Positions 32,297 to 42,737 of a stretch of 64,000 nucleotides of DNA are shown in pieces. The stretch lies in assembly GCA_965218095.1 (NCBI GenBank), contig OZ244587.1:5984001-6048000 (forward strand), written 5' to 3'. Made by a program: the position numbers and the translations under genes. Source of the stretch: Candidatus Poribacteria bacterium. Lineage in GTDB: Bacteria > Poribacteria > WGA-4E > PCPOR2b. Position 1 is the stretch's first letter. The number at the start of each line of letters is the position of its first letter. The notes below the pieces were generated by a model that was not told the origin of the DNA, searched no databases, and saw only the letters and a program-made list of their open reading frames with translations.

Positions 32297-33037
32297 TCAT
32301 TTTTTCTTCAATGCTGCCCAAGTTGTTGCCAATTTATCTTTTGGTTCCACAGCGACTACAGTCCCATCGATGGTTACATCAAAGCGGATGAGCTCAAAAG
32401 TAATATCATTTGTGGTGATGGTTTTCACCAAACCGATATCCGGGGCAAGCCACATCACGTTGCTTTGCGGAGACAGGTCAGTGATACCTGGAACACGAAT
32501 TTGAATATCCTGCTGGATTTTTAGACAGTTTCGGAATGTTCCCGCCGGCACGGTGACATCTTCGATGACGACAATTTTAGCATGGTTGGTCAATTGGACC
32601 TTTATTCCCAGCGGTAGTCCGCCCTCGCTCACTACCTTCCATTCTGAGCCCAAACCGATTGGAGATGGGAGGAAGGTCTGGGGCGGTGAATAGTCAAACG
32701 TAACGTTCCCAAACACCGGTACCGATGTCACCGCCCGAAACAGTTTAACGCCGTCTGATTCGCTCTTGATAAAGAACTGATTGATATTGTCGTTTGTTCG
32801 TTCCACAATGATTTTCAGCGATTCGCCGTTGATTATCTGAGGTCCCTGAATTGTGATAACCCTCTCATCAATCCCATCCGTGCTACGTAAAAACCACATA
32901 TTTCCGAATTCGTCTGGATAATAGTTTTGCGCATAGCCGGATGAAGCTGAACCATATACTGCTATTATCAATAGCAGGCAGAGCAACCAATAACGATGAC
33001 AGACTGTGAGAAACCGGGTTTTTATATTGATATTCAT
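32297..33037 (-). CDS. Exported protein with Poribacteria-type C-terminal AVEPKDKLATTWAALK tail
   Basis: Signal peptide, NYYP, VTVPAGTFRNCLKI, WLAPDIGLVK and the tail motif. Confidence 0.85.
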   Translation of the reverse strand: MNINIKTRFLTVCHRYWLLCLLLIIAVYGSASSGYAQNYYPDEFGNMWFLRSTDGIDERVITIQGPQIINGESLKIIVERTNDNINQFFIKSESDGVKLFRAVTSVPVFGNVTFDYSPPQTFLPSPIGLGSEWKVVSEGGLPLGIKVQLTNHAKIVVIEDVTVPAGTFRNCLKIQQDIQIRVPGITDLSPQSNVMWLAPDIGLVKTITTNDITFELIRFDVTIDGTVVAVEPKDKLATTWAALKKK

Positions 33038-33177
33038 TTGAACGGATGCGCTCCTTTCCATTTTGTGCTGGTCAGGAAGATAGGAGACATGTACTGATCC
33101 CGATGGATCGGGATTCAAAGCAACTTAGGCCAATCCAAGCTAAGCGGTATTTTCCATCCTATCGATCACTACGGAGC

Positions 33178-34155
33178 TTAATCGCGTGCAAAAACCAATA
33201 CATCCACGCCCTTATCCTGATGTTGGATTTGGTTTTTCAAAGTTGCTTCGTGGTGAAAGCCGGCGTTTTCAAGGACGTCGGCTTTACCTTTCGCTGTTGA
33301 TTCAACATAACACTGGACTTTGGCGTCTGGGAGATTAATCGCCTCCAGCAAAACAGATGATGCCTCCCAGAAGTCAGGGTGAACGAAAAGATCCAGCACT
33401 GCTGTGTGAGGCTGCCATCGCAGATCCCATGAGACAGTTGCCACACCGACGATTGCGTGAGCGTCCGATTCGAGCAGCTTTGCGTCGTGATAGCTGTCAC
33501 CATTTTCCAGTTCGTGTTTGAATCCGGGGAAACCGCCCTCAAAGTTGGTTGGTCCATAGATACCAAACGCGATGCTGCGGAGATAATCCCCTTCGACGAT
33601 TCCTGTTAAGGCGGTCATTTTGGACCAATCATGCCATTCCACGTCTTTCACATGAACGTCGTTCAGGGCAAAATACCGCGCATCAAAATCGTCAACCGCG
33701 CGATATTTCATGAAGCCCGAACGGGGATAAACACTTTCAAAGCCGAAACGCTTATAGATATAATACGGATGGCTATTGTACCCCGTTCCAAGATAGAGGG
33801 CTTCACCGCTGCGCTGACGGAAATCCTCCATTTGGGATGCCATCACCGATTTACAGGCGCCTTTGCGACGCTGCGCTGGTGTCGTAAAGACATGCCCAAG
33901 GATGCCAACGTGCCGGTGTTCAACTATCATAATATTTGTGATAATCTCTCCATTCAATTTACCGACATAGAAGCGTGTCTCCAAGGCATCAAGCGGTTCC
34001 ACAACAGATCGCCCAAGATGCCACTTGAAGCCTCCACCTTTGTGTGTTAAGAAGGGTTTGATTTTTTCCGCATACTCTTCATCCGGGGTGATAATAACGC
34101 CAACCTCAATCCGCTCGCCTGTTTTGAGTTTCGCCTCTGTCAGTTGATTGTACAT
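33178..34155 (-). CDS. GNAT family N-acetyltransferase (tandem GNAT domains)
   Basis: HVFTTPAQRRKGAC acetyl-CoA motif, IYKRFGF, LENAGF. Confidence 0.85.
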   Translation of the reverse strand: MYNQLTEAKLKTGERIEVGVIITPDEEYAEKIKPFLTHKGGGFKWHLGRSVVEPLDALETRFYVGKLNGEIITNIMIVEHRHVGILGHVFTTPAQRRKGACKSVMASQMEDFRQRSGEALYLGTGYNSHPYYIYKRFGFESVYPRSGFMKYRAVDDFDARYFALNDVHVKDVEWHDWSKMTALTGIVEGDYLRSIAFGIYGPTNFEGGFPGFKHELENGDSYHDAKLLESDAHAIVGVATVSWDLRWQPHTAVLDLFVHPDFWEASSVLLEAINLPDAKVQCYVESTAKGKADVLENAGFHHEATLKNQIQHQDKGVDVLVFARD

Positions 34156-34335
34156 TTCGCCTTCTTGAAGATCTGTTGCCTAAACTTTGAAAAGGTTTGA
34201 CTGTCCAAATTCATGGAATGATTCACCAGCAATCAGATTTTATAATCCCAACTAATCCTTTGTCAAACCGTTTATTGCTCACTGGACCTCTTCCCCAGCT
34301 CTTCTCTGGCGCCTTACTTTTACCCAGATCCTTTC

Positions 34336-34525
34336 GCTCGGCGATGAAGTCGCCGAGCTACAGAAAACGGCGTCCGATGAATCGGACTTTCGGGGAATCT
34401 GAAAAGCCCGATTCATCGAACGCAAAGCCACGTTCCACAAGTTGAGCCCCGATCAAAAATCGAGGGTAACCCTGATTTGCAATCGGGATGCGAGCAACCG
34501 CGCGAAATCCCGATCTATCGGGGAC
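34336..34525. repeat. Cluster of REP-like palindromes
   Basis: GCTCGGCGA-TGAAG-TCGCCGAGC-TAC (GTAG on minus), GTCCGATGAATCGGAC, CCCGATTCATCG, TCCCGATCTATCGGGGA. Confidence 0.7.
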
Positions 34526-34652
34526 GTTGAAAATTTGTGGGTAAAAGCAAGCCGGCAGAAAGGAGGGAAAAACTTTCAAACGAGGGAAAAAAACTCCCAA
34601 AAATTTAGGAGCTTGTTAGAATTCGTTTTCAAAAAAATTGCGCTGTTGAGGT

Positions 34653-34913
34653 TTACTCCTCATCTCCCTGGGGTTCATCTCCCTGGGGTTCATCTCCCTG
34701 GAGCTCATCTCCCTGGAGTTTAACGACACTCTGTGCTTGATACCCCTTGGGGCCTTCTACGATTTCAAATTCAACTTCTTCATCTTCTCTGAGGGTTTTG
34801 AAACCTCCTCCCTCAATCGCAGAGTAATGAACGAAAACGTCTTCCCCTGCATCAGTGGTCAAAAATCCATAACCTTTTTGGTTACTAAACCATTTAACAC
34901 GACCCGTTGCCAT
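34653..34913 (-). CDS. Cold-shock protein (CspA family) with an acidic repeat tail
   Basis: GRVKWF, KGYGFL (RNP1), DVFVHY (RNP2); RBS AAGGAGG. Confidence 0.97.
   Translation of the reverse strand: MATGRVKWFSNQKGYGFLTTDAGEDVFVHYSAIEGGGFKTLREDEEVEFEIVEGPKGYQAQSVVKLQGDELQGDEPQGDEPQGDEE
34660..34719. repeat. Four 15-bp tandem repeats encoding QGDE(L/P/E)
   Basis: TCATCTCCCTGG(G/A)G(T/C) x4. Confidence 0.95.
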
Positions 34914-35217
34914 CGGCTTGGGACCTCCTTTCGCCTAGGTGTTCTGTGCTACAAATGTTTCATGGAATTTGAAGCGTTAAGGTACAAACCGAAGCTGGAG
35001 AAAGACGCGATTTGCGTTCTGTTTATCATATCGCTTACGTTTTGCTCCTCACGTTGCTTGCAAAACTTCCTTTGAATCCATTTCAAGTAATTTTCAGGAT
35101 TAAACTATACATCCCGTTTGTACTAGCGCAATTCATTGCGCGTTTGGAACAGTGATGAATCGCCTCACTACAAACCATTACTTTCTTTTTGAAAATTACT
35201 TAACAACTATGGGCGGC

Positions 35218-35246
35218 ATTATATCATTTCTTCACCTGAAATGCAA
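35218..35246 (-). promoter_or_regulatory. Sigma70 promoter candidate for the csp gene, implying a 5' UTR of about 300 nt
   Basis: Minus strand TTGCAT-17 bp-TATAAT. Confidence 0.6.
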
Positions 35247-35289
35247 GCGGATCATTGCGGGCTTGATTTAATTGCATGTTGGCTTTCTA

Positions 35290-36282
35290 TCAATCCTTGG
35301 ACTTAATGATTTCTCGAAGTTTCGCCTCCGTGGCTGACAGTGCCCCGCCCTGGGCCTCTGTCATCATCCGTTTGAGCTTTTTGTAACCAGTGCGCCGTTC
35401 CTCAAGGAGTTCAGCAGCAAAACTGCCCTCCTTAATTTCGTCAATGATTTCTTGGATCTGCGTGCGTGTTTGATCAGAGAACAGCTTGCGTGAATAGGAG
35501 TGAATGCCGTATTGACACGCAGGTGAAGCGTGTTTTTCAACCATCTGGAACAGCCCAATCTTCGCCCCTTCGATAAGCACTTCGCCGAGCTCCCGTGACC
35601 CGTAGAGTTCCATCACCGCTGCTTCGGGCGTGTAGCTGTTTTCGATCAGGACATCGTAGGCGAGTTGTAACGCGCCAATCACGAGTGGGTAGACGAAGTG
35701 TTCAGAAAAGTGATCCAATTCGGTTTCCTCAGCGAAGGAAATCTCCATGGCGCCGACGCGTGTCGCGCCAATCGCCTTCGCGAGAGCGAGCGTTCGCTGC
35801 CACGCTTTGCCTGTGGCATCGTGCCGCACATCAACGAATGCTGGAACGCCATCGCCGCGCAGAAAAAAATCCCGCACATATCCACCCGGCATGCGTGGAG
35901 CGACAAGAAGGCAATCAACGAAATCGGGTGGCTGAATCAACCCGTAGCGGATGGCGAAACCGTGCGCGAAAACAAGGGCATTTCCGTCCTTAAGACCATC
36001 TTGGATGCCCTCCCGATAAACTTCCGCTTGAATCTCATCCGGGATGAGCAGGAGGAGGATGTCCCCCCGTTTGGCAGCCGCGTCGATATCGAAGATCTTG
36101 AATCCATCAGACTTAGCGCGTTTGCGATAATCATCGTCTTGATTACCGACAATGACGGAAAGTCCCGAATCTCTCAAATTCAGGGATTGCGCGCGTCCCT
36201 GGATGCCGTAGCCGATGACCGCAACGGTCTCATCTGAGATATGTGCGATGTTTGCATCATCGTCATAGTATACTTTTGCCAT
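35290..36282 (-). CDS. ilvC: Ketol-acid reductoisomerase
   Basis: MAKVYYDDDAN, VIGYGIQGRAQSLNLRDSG, LIPDE, FAHGF, VAPRMPG, EETELDHFSE. Confidence 0.92.
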   Translation of the reverse strand: MAKVYYDDDANIAHISDETVAVIGYGIQGRAQSLNLRDSGLSVIVGNQDDDYRKRAKSDGFKIFDIDAAAKRGDILLLLIPDEIQAEVYREGIQDGLKDGNALVFAHGFAIRYGLIQPPDFVDCLLVAPRMPGGYVRDFFLRGDGVPAFVDVRHDATGKAWQRTLALAKAIGATRVGAMEISFAEETELDHFSEHFVYPLVIGALQLAYDVLIENSYTPEAAVMELYGSRELGEVLIEGAKIGLFQMVEKHASPACQYGIHSYSRKLFSDQTRTQIQEIIDEIKEGSFAAELLEERRTGYKKLKRMMTEAQGGALSATEAKLREIIKSKD

Positions 36283-36493
36283 CTTGATCTCCTGATTACG
36301 CAGATCCTTTAGTAACCTTTAAATCTGGAATTGGTTAGGACTTACGCAGCCGTTTGAAGGTGCGATGGTCGTTTCCGTATCCTCATTCAGTTCATCAACA
36401 GTTGACTCCTATTCAGTGGAAGCAACTTTGTTCATATCATTCTCCTTATTTGGGAAGATTTAGCCGTCGGGCTCAAAAAAATTCAATGCAGAT

Positions 36494-36522
36494 ATTCTAT
36501 CAAAGGTGTTAGAAAATGTCAA
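36494..36522 (-). promoter_or_regulatory. Sigma70 promoter candidate reading toward ilvC
   Basis: Minus strand TTGACA-17 bp-TAGAAT. Confidence 0.6.
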
Positions 36523-36798
36523 AGAAATCAAAGACGAGTTTAGGAATTCGCAATCAAGCAATCTATCAGGGCAAATAGACTGACACGAGACAGAAAATTC
36601 ACTCCCGAAGGTTAAGTTGACACAGAAGATTAACGAATCGACGAATCGGCTTTATACCATTTGGACTTCTAGATGCGACTATGGGGGTGTTGGAGGAGTG
36701 GCGTGTTGGGGTTTATGCACCCCATTCCCCCAATACCCAAACACCTGTTTGCCTCCGGCAAATCGTCACATTTGAAACTAAAAATATTACGTTTCACT

Positions 36799-37443
36799 TT
36801 ATCCAGATTCGTTCTCCACCGTCCGTGGGGCGAGTTCATTCCACACGTCTCCTAGATCATAAACCTGTTTGAACATCGTGTAGATTCCGTCCCACATGGC
36901 ATTCCGTGCATCAGTGGCAGCGTGATTGTCTCCTTCAGCGATAGCCCGCTTGAGTTTGGCGTCTATCTCTTGCTGAACCCGGGCACAGGCCTGGGCAGCT
37001 TGAGCAACGGCTTCGCTGGCATTGACGTGGCGCTCGATGAGCTCCTCAACAGGCGTACTTGTGTCTTCCTCTATGTCGTAGGCGCTAGACGGCATGAACC
37101 GGATCGGGAGTCGCTGCCCGTCCTCGGCGCGCATGGTGTGGGTTGGCTGAATATGGGGGGTAACCGAGAGATACAGCGTCATCGGTGCATCTCCGACAGC
37201 ACGCAGAAGGTGGATCTGGTCGGCTAACGCGACGCACATCTGACCGGAGCCAAGTTCCTGGGTTTCGCCATCAATCTCAAACTCTACCCTCCCTTCCAGG
37301 ACAAGAAAAATCTCATGTCCCAGGTCGTGGCTATGGATCTGGGCAGTTTGACCAGGCTCCATTCGCATAAAGCGGGAACGTATCTGTGGGGTAACAAGGA
37401 CGTTGCGGATGTCGGTTCGGTAGTCATAAATAGCAAAGCTCAT
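36799..37443 (-). CDS. Cupin domain protein with a helical C-terminal extension
   Basis: EPGQTAQIHSHDLGHEIFLVLEG...DQIH; RBS GGAGG. Confidence 0.85.
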   Translation of the reverse strand: MSFAIYDYRTDIRNVLVTPQIRSRFMRMEPGQTAQIHSHDLGHEIFLVLEGRVEFEIDGETQELGSGQMCVALADQIHLLRAVGDAPMTLYLSVTPHIQPTHTMRAEDGQRLPIRFMPSSAYDIEEDTSTPVEELIERHVNASEAVAQAAQACARVQQEIDAKLKRAIAEGDNHAATDARNAMWDGIYTMFKQVYDLGDVWNELAPRTVENESG

Positions 37444-37702
37444 GGTTGTTTCCTCCAATTTTCAATATTGGTTGATGATGAGATTCTGAAGATATTCAAA
37501 AATTGACGTAAGTGTACCCAAAATTCGCTGGACAGTCAAGCCCCGATCTCAGATCGGAGTTATCTTTAGAGTTACGCACTTCAAATTGAACAAACCGTGT
37601 TGTGCCTACATTTTGAATCCTGAATCCAGGACAAGATGCAAGACACAGGCAGACATAGCTTGAGTCCGTAGAATCAACTGCGTAAGTCCTAATCTTTTTA
37701 TA

Positions 37703-37730
37703 TTGACAACATTTCCCGATTGCGTATAAT
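37703..37730 (+). promoter_or_regulatory. Consensus sigma70 promoter
   Basis: TTGACA-16 bp-TATAAT. Confidence 0.7.
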
Positions 37731-37764
37731 GAATGGAAGGAAGCACCACTAGTCATGAAGGGTT

Positions 37765-37839
37765 AGTAGAGCCTGCCGCTGGCTGGTTCATCTGCAGTTC
37801 GTTCAACCGCAGATGAACGGGCGAGCCGCCCGCTCTACT
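37765..37839. repeat. REP-doublet-like long hairpin
   Basis: AGTAGAGC...GTTCATCTGC...GCAGATGAAC...GCTCTACT. Confidence 0.65.
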
Positions 37840-37951
37840 CCAATAGTCAAAACTAAATTTATCTGATAGTGGACTAGAGTAGGATAATGGTAGAGGCGAA
37901 TCGATATTTTCGCTAATCTTGAATGTCAAATTTCATTAAGGAGCATCATCA

Positions 37952-39004
37952 ATGGCAGAGAAGACATACAGAGTCGGCGTGGTCGGCCTAACGGGTATTG
38001 CAGCGAATCGACTGAGTGCAGATGCACGGTCAGTCCTGAACACACCGATGCCGGGATCGCACATCGCGTCTTATGCGGCCCTGCCGCACACGGATTTGGT
38101 CTCCGTCTGCGAGTTGAAAACAGAACTGTTTAACCAGTTTAAGGAACGGTGGGGCGATGTTTGCCCCGATGTGCGAACCTATACGGACTATCGCGAAATG
38201 CTGGGAAAAGAGAACTTGGACATCCTTAGTGTCGTTACCTCCGACAATCGCCACGCGGATATTGTGGTTGACGCCGCAAACGCAGGCGTCAAGGGCATCA
38301 TTTGCGAAAAGCCGCTCGCCACGACCGTGGACGACTGCAACCGCATGATAGCGGCTTGCGAGGAGAATGACGTTCCGCTTTCAGTCGATCATACGCGAAG
38401 GTGGCGTCCTGCCTACCACCGCGGGCGTCAGGCAATCCATGAAGGGTGGATAGGCGGCGTCCGTCGCATCGTGGGTCACATGGCCGGTCCCAGAGCGATG
38501 TTGTTCCGCAATGGCACCCACCTGATTGACGGTGTCTGTTTCTTCGCCGAATCGGCGCCGGGGTGGGTGTTTGCAGAGTTGGACGAAGGCTTTGAGGACT
38601 ATTTCTCCTACCGTGGGGATGGTGGACGTAGTCCAGAAGGCGACCCCGGCGGCAGCGGATATATTCATTTTCAAAACGGAGTGCGAGCTTTCATCAACGG
38701 CTCGAAAGGACAGGTAGGCGGCTTTCGCATCGAAGTCATCGGCGAGGAAGGGCGTGTGGAGGTGGGAAACACCGTGACTTTGTGGACGGAAGGGGGCAAA
38801 TGTGAACAGCTCGACACGCTGCCGTACATGAAAGAAGGTATCACCGCTTGCATTGAGGAACTCATCCGTGTGATGGAGAATGGCGGTGAGCTGCTTTCTC
38901 CCGGATCCGAAGGTAAGAAAGTGATTGAGATCATCGTTGGATTCCTCAAGTCACAAGAGCGTGGAAACGGCCGTGTGGATCTTCCGCTGCCGCCGGGGAA
39001 TTGA
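37952..39004 (+). CDS. Gfo/Idh/MocA family oxidoreductase
   Basis: YRVGVVGL, CEKPLA, VDHTRRW, NGTHLID. Confidence 0.92.
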   Translation: MAEKTYRVGVVGLTGIAANRLSADARSVLNTPMPGSHIASYAALPHTDLVSVCELKTELFNQFKERWGDVCPDVRTYTDYREMLGKENLDILSVVTSDNRHADIVVDAANAGVKGIICEKPLATTVDDCNRMIAACEENDVPLSVDHTRRWRPAYHRGRQAIHEGWIGGVRRIVGHMAGPRAMLFRNGTHLIDGVCFFAESAPGWVFAELDEGFEDYFSYRGDGGRSPEGDPGGSGYIHFQNGVRAFINGSKGQVGGFRIEVIGEEGRVEVGNTVTLWTEGGKCEQLDTLPYMKEGITACIEELIRVMENGGELLSPGSEGKKVIEIIVGFLKSQERGNGRVDLPLPPGN

Positions 39005-39157
39005 AGCCAGCCAGAACGGGAGCATTTGGGATGCTTATTTTTCTGGACGTACTTAGTCTGTCCATGTTTACCTCAGTATTATTTTGGCAATCAGTGATGA
39101 TTGCAGTGTGTGCCCAGTTCCTAGCCCTTAGCTCCGAGTTCCGAATTCCCGAAGCTC

Positions 39158-39176
39158 AATAGGTAGCAACTTGGGT
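39158..39176 (+). mobile_element. Solo IS982-like right end
   Basis: AATAGGTAGCAACTTGGGT matches the right ends at 20731-20749 and 60596-60614. Confidence 0.6.
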
Positions 39177-39355
39177 TTAATTATCAAAGTAATGGTTAAT
39201 CTCAATTAGTTGCCTGCCACTCATGGTCAAAGCTAAATAAAACCAAATGGCTCATGTCAAAAGAAAATGCAAAAGCATCAGAGAAGCATCGAAATCACTG
39301 ATCTGGATTTTTCCTTTGCACAAGTTTTTAACATGAGCCAGGGATTCTTCCCTTC

Positions 39356-40624
39356 TTACTCAAGTCTGAAGGAGGTACCGGCAACATGGCGTATGGCCGA
39401 CCATGCCAACTGCCCAGCACCTCGGTCCTGGTTTACGCTTGGGATGCGACCCTCCCGGTCGGCCACCGAGATGTAGTACGCCGTGAAGATACGTCCGTCG
39501 TCTAACTCGGTCACCACCGGATAGCCGAGGTCACCACAACAGCCATCATCCCTAAGCACGAACTCCTGGCTCCACGTCTCACCCAGATCGTCGCTGACCA
39601 CGCCACCTATGCCATACGGGGGCCGCCGCCTGCCGAAAATAATCACGATCCGTCCGTCTCGGGTAACCAATGCGCAGGGCGACCGGTAGGCGTTGTACCA
39701 CGAGCCGATTGGCTTGCCGTTATCATTGAACCAGTGATGACGCTGCTTGGGCAGTTCGAAACTCCCGGGTTTGGGCAGAGCCGCCGCCGGGACATGGTCC
39801 GGACGGACGATGTATCTGGGCTCGCTCCAGGTCATCCCGCCGTCATCGGAGAATGCCACGCAAGGGTAATCACCCAGGGGTCTCAGGAGCCGGTGCATGC
39901 AGAAAAACAAGCGGCCGTCCGGCAGTTGATGTACACCCCCATAGGTGTAGTCGTAGCGGCCCAGGGGATCGTATGCAACCGTACTGACGCAATCCCAGGT
40001 CAGCCCCTGGTCGTAACTGACATAGTAGTAGCAGCCGCTGGGGGCGATGCCTAGTACACCGTTGGGAAACCTGATATAACCGAGATTCGCGACGGTACCG
40101 CCGTTAAGGAACGGCGGTGCCGGAACCAGCGAGGGCTTGCTGTCCCAGGTATGGCCTTTATCTTGGCTGCGCAGGCAGAAGCTTATCCCGTGATTGATCG
40201 GATCCGGTCCGGACTCAGCCCTCCGGATGTATTGTGTCTGGCCGAAGTGCATAATCGCGTCCGAGTGCGTCATGTCAATCTCATCATGCTGGTCCGGATC
40301 GTCGTACAGCCAGGAGCGAATCTCCTCGATGGATCTGTTGTTATTCCAGATCCAGTGCTTCTTGTCTTCCGGCCAGGTCTCGCCGCTGTCATAGGAGCGG
40401 TTCAGCATGACGCCTGCACCGGGATTGTTCGAATATCCGTGGTCGACACCCTCACCCGTCGTGTAGTTGATGGGCTTGAGCAAATGCGCCACGGCGATCT
40501 CACCGGCGCCGAAGTTCCAGATCCCTCCCCGGTTGGTGTGGGCGGCGTACATATTGTCGTCGTAGAAGATGCGTACATGACGAACATCGGCTAACTTGAC
40601 CTTTTTGAAACTTTTCGATGCCAT
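39356..40624 (-). CDS. BNR/Asp-box repeat sialidase-like protein
   Basis: Asp-boxes SYDSGETW, SQDKGHTW, SYDQGLTW, SDDGGMTW, SDDLGETW; DLGYP. Confidence 0.85.
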   Translation of the reverse strand: MASKSFKKVKLADVRHVRIFYDDNMYAAHTNRGGIWNFGAGEIAVAHLLKPINYTTGEGVDHGYSNNPGAGVMLNRSYDSGETWPEDKKHWIWNNNRSIEEIRSWLYDDPDQHDEIDMTHSDAIMHFGQTQYIRRAESGPDPINHGISFCLRSQDKGHTWDSKPSLVPAPPFLNGGTVANLGYIRFPNGVLGIAPSGCYYYVSYDQGLTWDCVSTVAYDPLGRYDYTYGGVHQLPDGRLFFCMHRLLRPLGDYPCVAFSDDGGMTWSEPRYIVRPDHVPAAALPKPGSFELPKQRHHWFNDNGKPIGSWYNAYRSPCALVTRDGRIVIIFGRRRPPYGIGGVVSDDLGETWSQEFVLRDDGCCGDLGYPVVTELDDGRIFTAYYISVADREGRIPSVNQDRGAGQLAWSAIRHVAGTSFRLE

Positions 40625-40988
40625 GATCTTTACCTCCTCGTAAAACAGATCCGAATCCCATTGGGTTCGGCAAATTGCCAGCCATCGCTGAGCCGGTCAA
40701 AGCTGAGAATGCGGTTGCGCATTTTAAGAACTCCTGGATCGATTTTGAAGCATGATCCAAGGAAAATAACAGCTATACTCAACACGGTCACAAACTGAGC
40801 TTTTGAGTTCACAATTTCCACAGGGTATGTACAAACCACATTTTGAAAAGCGCAATCTATGCCTGTGCGCAGTATAACCGCTGCTGATCCTGCAGCGTGG
40901 GTCGCCCATGAGGAGGCCGGCCACGCGATTGGTCAATCCATGGACTGCCTCAAGCATTTTTCTGGCGCCGCATGTGTGACATCTCGAT

Positions 40989-42119
40989 TTACCCCTTCCT
41001 CAGATATCGAGAGGGGGTACGGCGGGGCGCCATGCTGCGGAAGAAACGCTCATAATCCGGCTCTTTCGTCAGCGGCAGCGTCACCTCTCGCTTTTCCTGG
41101 GCGGATAAATACGTCGCACTGGTCACCTCAACCGCAGCGCGCCCCATCTCCCCATCTGTAATCGGGCGCTTTCCAGACCGCACGCAATCCACGAAGTGAT
41201 CCAGCTCGACCTTGTACTGGCCAAATTGCACCCCTTCTCCCAGCCAGTTACGGCTGTGTTTGGGCTGGTGGTTCTCCCGCAGACGCCCGTAGCGATGCAG
41301 GTATATCTCGTGGGGCGTCGTGTAGCGCCACACCTCCGAGGCGTGCCTCGTCTCAATTGTTCCTGTCTCCCCGAAGATCAGGTAGTGTTCCTCGCCCTCA
41401 CGGTGAAAGTACCGGGTGGCTTGATGGACGCTTCTGGCACCCGACTCGTGGGTACATATCACGATGTAGTCGTTTTCGACCTCCGGGTAGGGCCCGGTGA
41501 TGTCGAAGGTGGCGATCACAGCGCGGATCGGGCCGGCCCACCACTGCACCAAGTTCACGCTGTGGGCGCCGTGGTCCTGCCATTGGCCGCCCCAGGTTTG
41601 AAGCGACCCTCGCCACCGAGGATCGATCCAGCCGCTTTCATCCGGTCCCCAATCCCAGTTATGGCGGATGCCCATCACCTGGCCAATGGCGCCCGTTTCT
41701 ATCAGTGCCGCGACTTTTCTCATTGACCGGTTGAAGCGCTTCATGAAAGCGACCATCAGAATCGTGCTAGCCTTCTGATGAGCTGCGAGAATCGCGTCGC
41801 ATTCGCTCGGCGTTCGCGCCATCGGTTTTTCCAACAGGACGTGGACCCCTCGTTCTGCACAAGCGACCGCGTGGGCCGCATGTTCGTAAACAGGGGTCGC
41901 AATCAATGCCACGTCTAAGTTTTCCTTGTCGAGGCACTCCTCCAACGTATGGTAGCCGTTGCTGAAGCCATACGCGTCCCGGGCCGCGGCGAGCCCGTCA
42001 TCCCGGGAATCCACCACGGCGACCACGTCAAGACCTTCCACAAAGCGGAGTACCGCACCGAACATCGTATGTAGGCAACTACCCAATCCTACGAATGCCA
42101 TCCGTAATGGTCTGTTCAT
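40989..42119 (-). CDS. Gfo/Idh/MocA family oxidoreductase
   Basis: MAFVGLG, VLLEKPMA, AFMKRF, DHGAH. Confidence 0.92.
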   Translation of the reverse strand: MNRPLRMAFVGLGSCLHTMFGAVLRFVEGLDVVAVVDSRDDGLAAARDAYGFSNGYHTLEECLDKENLDVALIATPVYEHAAHAVACAERGVHVLLEKPMARTPSECDAILAAHQKASTILMVAFMKRFNRSMRKVAALIETGAIGQVMGIRHNWDWGPDESGWIDPRWRGSLQTWGGQWQDHGAHSVNLVQWWAGPIRAVIATFDITGPYPEVENDYIVICTHESGARSVHQATRYFHREGEEHYLIFGETGTIETRHASEVWRYTTPHEIYLHRYGRLRENHQPKHSRNWLGEGVQFGQYKVELDHFVDCVRSGKRPITDGEMGRAAVEVTSATYLSAQEKREVTLPLTKEPDYERFFRSMAPRRTPSRYLRKG

Positions 42120-42271
42120 AGCTACCATAACCAATATCCTCCATTCTCGATTTCAACAATTCCGAGGTAGAATTCCTTGCTGTCCGATTTGTGCCGCACA
42201 CGAGCCACCAAATCCTCACCGCCGAACATTATCCACTCGGAGAACACGTCCTTTTCAATACAACGTGCGAG

Positions 42272-42710
42272 TCAAAATCGGCGTTTGACATCCCCCCAGA
42301 TTATCGGTAATTTCTCTTGCGGTTCGACGGCCAGGTTGGCTCCGGAAGGCGTCTTGTTGGCGTCAAACCCCTGCCTCCACGTTGCAAAGATGGCATCCAT
42401 ATAGGCCCCATCCTCTTGCTGAATAAGGTAGAACGTATGTTTGCCAGCCGTCAACTTTAGGGGCGTCGCATCACCGATGCCTTCAAATGGCCCACTGTGA
42501 CTACTCGACCGGTACCACGTCCAACCGTGCACCACCTTTTCCGGGGGTGGATCGCCCAACACGAAACGAATACTTGAACCAGGAACCGGTGCTACTTTCT
42601 GCACCGTTGATCGACCCGACAAACGCGTTGCCGGAAGTCTCAGCGATTTTATATTTTACTCTATTCACATCCGTTTCCTCATGCGGGGGTCTCAAAACCT
42701 CCGGACTTTA
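42272..42710 (-). pseudogene. Truncated, frameshifted exported protein with AVEPQEKLPIIWGDVK tail
   Basis: ORFs 42501-42695 and 42272-42622 join; the 5' end is lost next to IS5. Confidence 0.65.
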
Positions 42711-42737
42711 AGTGAAAAACTCGTAAAATTTGTATTA

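Larger units (their letters stand above)
36335..37692. mobile_element. Segment bounded by perfect 15-bp inverted repeats (possible non-autonomous element or two solo IS ends)
   Basis: TTAGGACTTACGCAG at 36335-36349 and CTGCGTAAGTCCTAA at 37678-37692; no transposase inside. Confidence 0.5.
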
